Source: Ascidiella aspersa (lineage: Eukaryota). Taken from it: 64,000 bases of DNA. The notes under the pieces are model-generated. The model saw only the letters and a list, made by a program, of their open reading frames with translations, was not told the origin of the DNA and searched no databases. Positions 38,701 to 47,043 of this stretch are shown one piece after another. Position 1 is the stretch's first letter. Each line of letters opens with the position of its first letter. The stretch lies in contig OZ004609.1 of the NCBI GenBank assembly GCA_963924565.1, positions 6,510,001 to 6,574,000 of the forward strand, read 5' to 3'. A program made the position numbers and the translations under genes.

Positions 38701-41700
38701 TGCAGGCGTCTTTAAAGGAAAGGTAAAACTCACTGGCATTCGCGTGTCACTGATACTGGGAAGACGACCACTCCTGCGTTATCCAGTCCTCTGATTGAAG
38801 CCTCAATGTCATCCATTGTGACGGTCGGGTGGCTCTTGCCGTTGGTCATCAGGATAAGAACCTAGATCATAACGTGAGACTGAAATCTTAGATGTGAGAG
38901 TTAAAAACTAATCATAACGTGAAAGTGAAATCTTTAAAGTGAGAGTTGAATGCTAATCATAACGCGAGAGTGAATCGGACATGTGTTTTACGACCGTTTG
39001 GCGATTTCAGCGGCACCGGCATGTCTGGAAGGTGACGTTTGCTAACGTTTTAAAACCGAGCAAATACGGTATCTGGTCACGATCGAATGCATATAATATA
39101 GGACACCGCTGAGAATGCAAACGAGTTTTAAGGAATTTTAGGAAATGGTGGTGATCGTATGGTAATTTATCAATTGTTCTAGTTTATGGTTCAAGGTTGA
39201 ATATCCTTCAAAATATTTCACAGTAATATCTTCATTCGGTTTTTGTTTGAGGCCTGAGGGTATACGAAACTTGAACATATCAGCTCGGTAATAGATGTAA
39301 GTCTCGCTTCATGCCATGACCCCTTCACTGGTTATAAAAGAAACTAATTTTCTCGAGTTTATTTATGTTTATTAAAGGCGAAAAATGATTAAACAAACTA
39401 GCTGGAGATTCGGGATCAGGGTTAAACTTATTGTGTCAACATGAAAATCGTTGTGTCATACTATAGGATGACCTTTTTTAAGATACTTACTAAATGTATT
39501 ATTTCATTAGGTCGAATGCATGTGTTTACCTCAGAAAACTATGTAGTCCTTTCGTTAGTAGTTTAAAGATTTGTGTTGCAACAAGAATAGAGCATTAATT
39601 AAATTAGATACGAAAACGAACACGATGCTTTAGGAAGACTAAACCTAGATATTTTGATTGAAATTGAGAGGGCTGACCAAAAAGACAAAACTATCTTAAC
39701 AATTTTTCTACGTTGCTATTTGGTTTCTTTTTAGAATTTTATTATAAAAAGTTGCAAATCGATTACCTTGCGCGGCTCGGTGGGATATATTGCCTCGATC
39801 GATTCTGGTGTCCGTGGTTCGTTTTCGAAGTGGTACACAGATCGGTTGAGAGCTGCAAAAACAACAAACAAAGACAACTGTAAATCGAATCTGCCAACAC
39901 AAGTTTCGGCCACAAACAAGCTTCCGATTACACAGTAAAACTTAAATGTTGCTTTGTGGAATCGTCATCAAACACATTATAATGAATTACAAATCCAAAA
40001 TTTTCAAGTAGATCGACATCATCTTACTTCTCAGTATATTAACTGAGGTTGATACAAGTTCGTATCGAAACGTCTTAATTAAGATGATGTCATTCTACTC
40101 GACCTTTTTGGCTTTTCAATTCGATACCAAGTTACATTACAAATGCGTCAATAAGTAGCTAAAAAGTATACATTTAGTAAACATTTGGTGTGTCGGCGTT
40201 TTCTGTACGTAAGTTATCAAAAACCAAATTTTATTCCATATTTTCTAAACCTGGCGCTATGATCTAATTGCTCAAGTTTCGAGAAGAAATTACCTTTGTT
40301 AAGAAAAGAGCCTTCGCCAAGAAAGGCGAGTTGGTTAAGCTTGTCGTTGACTGCTCTCAAGAGGTCTTTCGGCCCGCTTGGATTCGTATAACTTTCGAAG
40401 TCGCTCAGTTCAATTGGGTAGATGATATTGCTGCTGAACTGTATTGAAAAGAAAAGAAAAAAAACGTTAATTGGTACAAGCAAAGAAGGACTGTCGCCTC
40501 GCAAATGGTCTCCAAATGCGACACGCACATATTTGGTCATTATATCGAAACTACGCGTTTCTATGTGCCAATCACTTGTCACAAAGCATATTGGGTAGTT
40601 AAGATAGCTGCAAGTTGTAACATAAAAAGTTTGGAGCATAATAGCTGAAATGTGATTATAATAGCTTCGAATAAAATTGTAATGATTTTTAACATCAATG
40701 ATCAAACAAATGATAACGTTGAAAGTGTATAAGATTTATTCCAAACTTTTACAAAATTCTATTCACTGGTGTATGGCGTTTAATATTTATTCTGCGTGAA
40801 ACCAATGTCAGACAAGTTTTCTCAAAATGTGCTGGGAATATCCATCTGGAAGGTTAGGGACGACTTAACAGCAGCTAGTCAATTGTGAAAATCTCCCGGG
40901 AAACACGATACCATGCCCTTTCCGTAAGAAGCTAAGGTCATTACGTGACCTCTGTGGCCTTGCCGGCCTCAATGGCCGTCAGGTGACGTCATTATCTGGA
41001 ATGACCTTTTGAAGTATGGAGTGTGATGTCACAAAGCCTCGTGTGACGTATTATAGTAATCTTTAGGTTAAATTATAGCTCTACCCGGGAGGGATTTCAT
41101 TGCTTGTTAAAGGCGGAAACCAAGAGTCTATATCGTTTTACATCCAGCCAGGTTGGTTGACAGAACATTCAGTCAGACAAGCGTCTTTAAAAAACAGTAG
41201 TTTCCGCTTTACGGCTCGGTCGTTAAAGACTCATGGACGGCAAACTTTTCCATGTGGGCGCAATGTTTAACCGAGGCGCTATTCCCGGGTTTGACATTAG
41301 CACAAGTGATGAGAAGTGCGTCGTTTACGAGACAGCTAAATGCCAGCGGCGACTGTCTTTACGATACGGGACTAGACGTCGTTCTTTGTAGAGCCTTATT
41401 GCGTTTGCGGTGACGCCCGTTCTAGTTCGAGCAGTGATTCCCAAACTGTGTGCCGCGGCATACTAGTGTGCCTCGAGAGATTGCCAAGTGTGCCGCGGAA
41501 CGTTTGGTACTTTTGGAAACATAATATTAGTATTACCATTAGGCATACACTCAAGTATTTAATCCTTAAAAATGCATTATCCATTACAAATTAATCATAT
41601 TGAAACATTTACATATAGTTCGTCGTGTGTGCAGGGCGATTTATAAAATTACTCTATTGTTGTTCTGTTAAAAGTGTGCCACGAAATATTTACGATTTTT

Positions 41701-43614
41701 TAGTGTGCTGCAAGCTAAAAAGTTTGCGAATCACTGAGTTGAAGAGCTCGTTTTTTTAAATCGCTAACCCTGGAAAAAACTTATTTGAAATGTGCTATTT
41801 TGTCAAGGTGACGACGAATCACGTAGTAATTTGCATTTACATGTCCAGTATCAATTGAACGTTAAGACACGTCTTACAGCAAAATAAAACAAATCAGATT
41901 AATCCCCCTAATCATGAAATTACCCATTTGTGGTAAATTAAGCGTTATACCTAATTGTCATTTTTTATTTAGCTTACTGAAGTAATGCATTAATAAAAAA
42001 GTGAACGTAGAGATTATAATTGCCCAAATAATACAGTTCAAAAGACATAAAACATTGGTAAATCGACTGATAATTTAAATGAACAATGGCTCAGTATCAC
42101 GCATTGTCATAAGGATAATTCAAAGGTAAGTATAACAATGAGATAATATTAGGAATACTTTTATTGAATTTAAATATAACACACCTACAAATGCACACCT
42201 ACAGTATGTTTACACAAGCATTAAATTCTTAGGCTCACTTTGCTAATTCCTGAAGTTGATTTATCACATAGCGTATATTTGAACCAGGGCTACGTCTGTT
42301 ACAGTGTGGACACAAAACAGCTGCAAGTAATTTTATTAAATCTTGGTGTCGACGGTTTTTAACTCGTCAAATTTTAAATTTATTCTGACCAGTTTAAGAA
42401 TTATTTGACGAAGTTTAAGTTTTTTTAAGGTTCTCTTAGGACTTATTCCGGCGGGTTTAGGTCTTAATTTATCGTGGGTCTTAATTCAAAGACGACATAT
42501 GTCTGACTGTATTTTTTTCTGCCTTATAGATATTAGCGTGACAACAAGTTCAGCCAGTTGCTTTCCAACAACCTAGACAACAAACTGCGGGACTATTGGG
42601 GCCTGAGGTGCGTTGACAGCACAGTAAGACCACCGGACGCCGCGAACGCACTGTCAATCTGTCAGTGTTGTGCACTTAAGTCACTGTTTTCCAATGACTC
42701 GATTTGACTTAAGACATTTTGTTAAATATCTTGCGATTAAATTAAGTGTTTTTCATTTAAATGTATCTCAAGTTTTGCACATTAAACAATTTTATTGCTA
42801 TAAATGTCGTTCGCGCTATTTGTTAGTTAAATTGTTGCTCCTATTAGGACAAGTTTACCAATTTTAATGGTCAAAAGTTACTTTTATGTCACTGACATGA
42901 CTTGAAATTGACCTGATCTCATAATGACTTGACTGGGACTTGACTTGTGCAACTGATGTCTTTTCAAATGTCTTGACTGGAATAGAAGTCATTTCAAAAT
43001 GACTTGTTTACATCACTGTCGATATGTCCACGAATAAGTACAGACACTGCTACTTCTTATATTTTCCTATTCCCACAAACCTGCTGAAGTCCAAGGCGAG
43101 TCTTTGATCCTCCGTACTCGATCTTCTCATTTTTCCCGATCTTCCTCACCAGTTTCTTGAGGAAACGCATCATCCTGCTGTGGTGATCACGGAAACACGC
43201 GCTGCTGTCCACTCCGATTATGACGTCATTAACGCACGGGGGTTCGATCAGCGCTGCGTCAAGGAACAATGTGATTAGGGATATCCGACGAAAATGTGAT
43301 TCAGTTATACATACAGTAAACATCCCTAAGTGGTATGTTTAAAATTTTACAAAGCTACGTGACTGCAATAACCATCCAAAACGCGTTTGTACAGTCCTGA
43401 TATAGGATTTCAACTTACGCTCCGGAGTCGGTTCGCAGCATTGGCAAGTGCACTCCCCCATCATTGTCTCAGGAGGAATCGGCTCCAGCGTAAGCACGGG
43501 ATCATCTGAGAGGAATCCATGATCTCGCATCATGGTCTTCATCTTGTGCTTCCTGCCGGTCGCGTAGCTTCCGGCCAGGAGAAGAATGGCAAAGGAACAA
43601 AGGAACAATCTCAT
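7854..43614 (-). CDS. Multi-exon collagen VI/XXVIII-like gene (SP-vWA-collagen helix-vWA-Kunitz-vWA-acidic tail), ~1,210-1,235 aa
   Basis: Hand-spliced exons in transcript order: 43419-43614, 43081-43253, 40294-40438, 39767-39852, 38734-38861, 37202-37349, 35846-35911, 33474-33533, 32971-33033, 32768-32785, 32543-32578, 31453-31488, 30782-30862, 30040-30093, 29344-29379, 29171-29221, 28712-28783, 28123-28176, 27751-27795, 27611-27664, 25594-25674, 24730-24813, 23818-23889, 23308-23401, 22521-22526, (21732-21803, less certain), 20483-21076, 18440-18466, 14456-14695, 13119-13410, 11621-11777, 11146-11218, 10187-10360, 8750-8797, 7854-7945. All acceptors are AG and all donors GT (one GC). Intron phases match at every junction and the frame is open to TAA at 7854-7856. 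Confidence 0.88.
8233..8535. mobile_element. hAT-like MITE (decayed)
   Basis: TIRs CAGTGTTTCTCAA / TTGAGAAACGCTG; subterminal GCGACCCA shared with the element at 46703. Confidence 0.65.
9426..9911. mobile_element. hAT-like MITE
   Basis: TIRs TAGTGGCGTGCA / TGCACGCCACTA; TSD agattatt/aggttaat (6/8). Confidence 0.7.
10187..13410 (-). CDS. Pro/Thr-rich linker plus vWA domain 3 (intact MIDAS), four exons
   Basis: Exons 13119-13410, 11621-11777, 11146-11218 and 10187-10360 give CESTMSDLAFVIDGSSSVG...GGGTQTGAAL...VAVVITDGMSQD...GVTVFAIGVG...ELREIAS...LC. Confidence 0.93.
11425..11620. repeat. Direct duplication (~52 bp) of the intron 5' end
   Basis: TTTGCATTAGGTGCAATTAAATA-AGCT-GAAACCTATTTTTTGCTAATATAC at ~11425 and ~11568. 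Confidence 0.85.
13395..13607. repeat. ~88-bp tandem triplication spanning an exon acceptor
   Basis: GCTGAGTTGCTT...AATGTTTGCG-AAAGTTT-CTCAGA repeated; the third copy is partial. Confidence 0.8.
14456..14695 (-). CDS. Kunitz/BPTI-like domain exon
   Basis: Six Cys spaced C-x8-C-x20-C-x7-C-x11-C-x3-C with Kunitz-type FYWD, F-x-Y and N-x-F motifs. Phase 1-1, donor gtaaga. Confidence 0.88.
15460..15717. mobile_element. hAT-like MITE
   Basis: Perfect 16-bp TIR CAGTGGTCGGCAAACT; TSD acttaaag/aggtaaag; GCGGCCCAC subterminal repeats. Confidence 0.88.
16184..16313. mobile_element. Short MITE of the CAGTGTTGT / GACTTGACT family
   Basis: TIRs CAGTGTTGTA / TACAACACTG; internal GACTTGAC motifs shared with 42663-43018 and ~3027-3204. 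Confidence 0.7.
16819..17166. mobile_element. hAT-like MITE
   Basis: TIRs GGGATGTCCGATA / TATCGGACATCCC; TSD gttttaca/gttttaag. Confidence 0.8.
18440..18466 (-). CDS. 27-nt linker mini-exon (DAGDTAVTT)
   Basis: tttgttttgcag acceptor, gtaagt donor, phase 1-1. Confidence 0.7.
20483..21076 (-). CDS. vWA domain 2, single exon, intact MIDAS
   Basis: CEEYPVDIAFLVDGSDS...SGTKT...ILITMTDG...IAVGVG...KTC. Phase 1-1, 594 nt, matches ORF 20460-21077. Confidence 0.95.
21732..21803 (-). CDS. Candidate cassette exon (GPVCMSPFFAKEPRILLPPLRAGL)
   Basis: ctttttcggccccag acceptor, gtaagg donor, 72 nt, phase 1-1, open frame, GC-richer than the surrounding intron. Confidence 0.5.
22521..22526 (-). CDS. 6-nt microexon (adds Glu-Cys)
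   Basis: Long T tract + cag|AATGCG|gtaagtgac. Consensus acceptor and donor, phase 1-1 matching the flanking exons, and it supplies the Cys expected after the post-helix segment. Confidence 0.7.
23086..23279. mobile_element. Palindromic (foldback) MITE, ~194 bp
   Basis: GATAATGAATTGCAAAG...CTTTGCAATTCATTATC at the ends, and TTTCGATAAGAGCTTGTATCAT / ATGATACAAGCTCTTATCGAAA internally. A related copy lies near 39980-40125. Confidence 0.85.
23308..33533 (-). CDS. Collagen triple-helix region, 17 short exons (100 Gly-X-Y triplets, 308 aa, 3 interruptions) plus post-helix amphipathic segment NLAELRPIIAEIVRELMPA
   Basis: Phase-0 exons of 18-94 nt, mostly multiples of 9 (18, 36, 45, 54, 63, 72, 81), all but the first beginning with a Gly codon after AG. 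This is classic collagen exon structure. Confidence 0.93.
24012..24300. mobile_element. hAT-like MITE (decayed)
   Basis: TIRs CAGTGGTGTA / TACACCACTG. Confidence 0.55.
29738..29922. repeat. Degenerate direct duplication (~55 bp, ~130 bp apart)
   Basis: TTAGTATGGC-CATCT-ACAATTTT...GATAAGAA-TGAAAACA twice. Confidence 0.7.
35846..35911 (-). CDS. Cys-rich linker exon before the helix (CGNDAPAPLTGPSCNNCTCQCE)
   Basis: 66 nt, phase 0-0, tag acceptor and gtaagt donor. Confidence 0.85.
37202..43253 (-). CDS. vWA domain 1 (degenerate MIDAS), five exons
   Basis: Exons 43081-43253, 40294-40438, 39767-39852, 38734-38861 and 37202-37349 give DVIIGVDSSAC...TRLGLQQFS...LAFLGEGSFLNKAL...KVLILMTNGKS...GVVVFPVSV, the ordered vWA strand/loop pattern. 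Phases 1-0-1-0-2-0 are consistent. Confidence 0.88.
38862..38974. repeat. ~45-bp tandem repeat x2.5 at an exon acceptor
   Basis: ATCATAACG(T/C)GA-A-TGAA recurs at ~38866, 38911 and 38956. Confidence 0.8.
39980..40125. mobile_element. Internally deleted copy of the 23086-23279 palindromic MITE
   Basis: Shares AGTAGATCGAC-TCATCTT, TGATACAAG-TC-TATCGAAACGTCT and TCTACTCGACCTTTTT. Confidence 0.8.
41432..41736. mobile_element. hAT-like MITE
   Basis: TIRs CAGTGATTCCCAAACT / AGTTTGCGAATCACTG; TSD agttcgag/agttgaag; GTGTGCC subterminal repeats. Confidence 0.85.
42663..43018. mobile_element. MITE of the CAGTGTTGT / GACTTGACT family (longest copy)
   Basis: TIRs CAGTGTTGT / ACATCACTG; AGTTTACCAATTTTAATGGT shared with the copy near 3030. 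Confidence 0.8.
43419..43614 (-). CDS. First coding exon: signal peptide and Cys-rich N-terminal peptide
   Basis: MRLFLCSFAILLLAGSYA is a typical signal peptide (basic residue, hydrophobic core, small-residue cleavage site). The exon ends ...GECTCQCCEPTPE with donor C|gtaagt. Confidence 0.9.
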
Positions 43615-43689
43615 GGCGATTATCGCGCGGTGTTTTGTGGTGTACAAAAATATGTTTATTTACTATACACCTTCTATTGATTAGGCTGC

Positions 43690-43723
43690 CTGCGATCAAA
43701 CGAAACCGTGATAAATTTATATA
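43690..43723 (-). promoter_or_regulatory. TATA-like box and/or 3' splice acceptor upstream of the start codon
   Basis: TATATAAA at 43716-43723 (minus), about 100 nt before the ATG. ggtttcgtttgatcgcag ends at 43690. Confidence 0.35.
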
Positions 43724-46702
43724 CAGGCAAGTATTTTCACAGAGGACTTAGGGGTTTTTCTAAAATATTGTCTGGATGTAACATTATCTATAAATGTTTT
43801 TCTAAGCATTCATAACAGTGGTAAACTTTTTAAACGAATTTGCATGTTCAACTTAACGTTTCGTTTGTGATTTACAGACCACTGTTATTAACAAAGATAT
43901 GTTTAATTAAATAGTTGTTTTAAATTGCTTTATTTGATGTTGTTGTTTTTTCAAAAAAAAACTTTTTGCGGTTTCCGACACTGTTTTGGAAACCCAATTT
44001 TAAGAACCACTGCTGAACAAAAAAGGTGTACTTTTTTATATCTTGTCATTTAGTTTTGCGCACCTAGGCACATTCCTTTCTAAAACTATCGCACAACATA
44101 AAGCACAGGCAATGTAAATACGAACCTGTATGCATAAAGACAAACTCTGCATTACAGTTGACAAGCAACCTATCCTCAAACATTTGCTGTTGAAATATCT
44201 GCTGTTTGCCCCCGCAAATGTCTGTACAACTACGCTATGCCCAATAACTGTAAACCACAGATTACTTTTCCAGAAGTAATTCTCTGACAAATTATATCTA
44301 CGTATAACACCCTTTTGCCACATTTGTCAGAATTTGACAAGCCAATAACTAATTCCAATTTTACCAATCGCTCGACATTTATTTAAAGTTTGTATTACAA
44401 AGTATGCATTCGTTGGCAATATGTTTTCGCTCACACACATGTTGTCGCCTAACAACCCCCTGGTTTTACTCTGCAGCGTTAACATCTTCCAAGCATATGA
44501 CATCAGCCGTGAATCAACATCAAAGTAGCCTGTCTCGATCTAAGCACAAGGGTCGCCATCCCGCGCCTAAGGGTATTTTGCAAAGCGTGGGCCGAAGAAG
44601 CTAAGAGGGTAATCAGTAAATTGACAGCGTAAGGTTGAGAGGCAGACGCCCAACTTTTACCCAGGCCGTGATTGACTGGTTCAGTCTCGTGGGAAGCGGA
44701 CGGCAACTGTTGGAACGGGTTACGAGGCCTTACGCGTTCCAAGAATAAATCGAATGGCAAGGGTTGCAAACCGTGCGCTAATAAGCAACGCCACCCAGGC
44801 GACTTGGTAAACCGCACTGAAAGTTGTATTACTGCGCAGACTGTTTTCCACTACTATAAACACAAATCATTAATCACGTGGACAAATCTTTTGAAATTTG
44901 CTTTTCAGGTATCTAACAAAGCGAAGCCTAGTTCCAACATATGATAACTTTTATCAAATCTAAATTCAACTAGGCGTTGTTAAGTTCGGTGCTTATATTT
45001 TATCAGTGTGTTGAAAATGGGATATAGCAGTTCAAGTGGGATATGTACTTTTATCAAATAATTCTCACTGTCCAAATTCTCAGCTGTTGTTGATTTTTGA
45101 ATTTATACTCTATTGCCATTTGTACGAAGCGTGTACAATGTCATTGCGCTGAAATATGTAATGCGACTGTTTTTACCCTTGAAGGCAGCTATTTTAAAAC
45201 TTGTGCGCCGCGGAGCTTATGGCCAGGGAGATTCTCAAGTCTTAAGTGTAACTTTCAGATTTTGAAAATAAATTGGTTTTATTACAAATGCCCGGGCAGT
45301 CAAACATGCGAGACTTAAGAAACGAACAGTTAAACACTACATATTACCGAACTGTAAATATTTAGATATGTTAACATTTAGATTTTTTAGCATTTTTTGT
45401 CACATATTAAGGGCGATTGTTTAGGTCCTGAATTTATTATTTAAAAAAATATATTGGCGCGAATATGTTTATATTTTGTGTTGCAAGCTAATACAATTTA
45501 AAACTCCGTTTTTAAGGACATAAGTTTAATCTCCACAAAAAAATATTTGACGCGGGGTATTACATCACAATCGATCACATGGAGACCACACGCGTTTGGA
45601 GCGCTATTAGAAGGCGTCGCGGAAAAGTTTGTTTAAATGCGATTACAGACAATCGGAGAGACAACGAAATCCCAAAATCAATCCGGTTGGAATAATGGGG
45701 TATACATTACAGTGAATGTTTTCTGGAAAGAAAAAGGCATTTTTACAGACGTCACGGAGCCTATCTGGAGCTGGCTTTGTCCTGGTACCTGTCATATACG
45801 TCGTTTAAAAAAACGGACACTTTTTTCGGCAAAATGTTTTTTTTTTTCTAAACACATCAACAAAGAGTCACATCCTAACAAGTTTTTTTATCAATCGTGT
45901 GTATAAACGGAACCATTTATACTAGATTCCTATCAATTCGCAACTCGCACGTAAATAAATATGAATAACTTAACCAAAATATTTGTGTCAATTTTCTAAA
46001 CATTATTTCTGATTCTTACATATAGACGCAACGAAGCGTGCAAAACCACTTTGTTTCATCGAACCGGAGGGTAAACATTCAGTTTTAACGCCGTATACAC
46101 AAACCATAGGCGACCTATAGCCAAGTCTATAGAACCCAATGTAGTATTTATGTCTGTGGAGACAACTTTTTGAAGATGGTTGATTGTTTGGTAAAACATG
46201 GGACTTATCAAACGTCAAACATCGACTATTGTTAACTCGTCGCATTGACCATTTTTTTAAAGAGGAGTTGCAAACCAAGTTCGCAGAAAATGAGACGCCA
46301 ATAAGCAACAGTCTATTTATGGTTCGTACTTCTTAAACAGCTCACAACGATGAAAAAGCGGATTGGGCAAAGGCGCTGCCGGCAAAGCCGTGTTTGTGTG
46401 CAAACATCTCGCCACAAAAGCCTTATCGACCTTCAACAACTCGCCAAGAGCGATCGGATGAAAGATTAAGGCGATATATGCGAACGTTGGGAGCTTTGGG
46501 ATAAAAACGCACAACGCTTCGAGCCAAAAGCGTCTGTTACAATGCTGCAAGTGTCTGTGAGGATTTAAAGGACCTCCTAATATGTATTCTGCAATGAGGA
46601 TTACAGTGAATTTAAATGGTCATTCCAATGATAGTTGTCATATGCAATTTTGTTACTATAAGTCCATATGTTAAAATGTCAAACCACAGTGATCCTTTAA
46701 AC

Positions 46703-47043
46703 CAGTGCTTCCCAACCTTTTAGGTTCGAGACCCACTTTTTTTATGCAAGTTTTATTTTGCGACCCACAATGAGATATGACCAAACGAATGAAAAACAAA
46801 TTTATGAGAAAAAGAACAATGTATACATATGCAATTTACTGTTAATGCGAAACTTGAGCTTGCGTATTGCATAATTATTATCAGATCAAGTCGAGGCTTG
46901 ATTAGAGACAAGCTCAAGCGCAACGTAGCATAAAAATGTGTCCAAATGCAATAAATTGCCGATCTAATAGAAAACTGTAAAATTTTGAAATGCTTCGCGA
47001 CCCACCTGACATAGCTTCGCGACCCACTGGTTGGGAAGCACTA
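46703..47043. mobile_element. hAT-like MITE
   Basis: TIRs CAGTGCTTCCCAACC / GGTTGGGAAGCACTA; TSD ctttaaac/ctttaatt; GCGACCCAC repeats. Confidence 0.88.

Noticed and set aside
7854-43614. Assigning the gene symbol COL28A1 or COL6A
   Set aside because: The architecture is intermediate and orthology cannot be established without a phylogeny.
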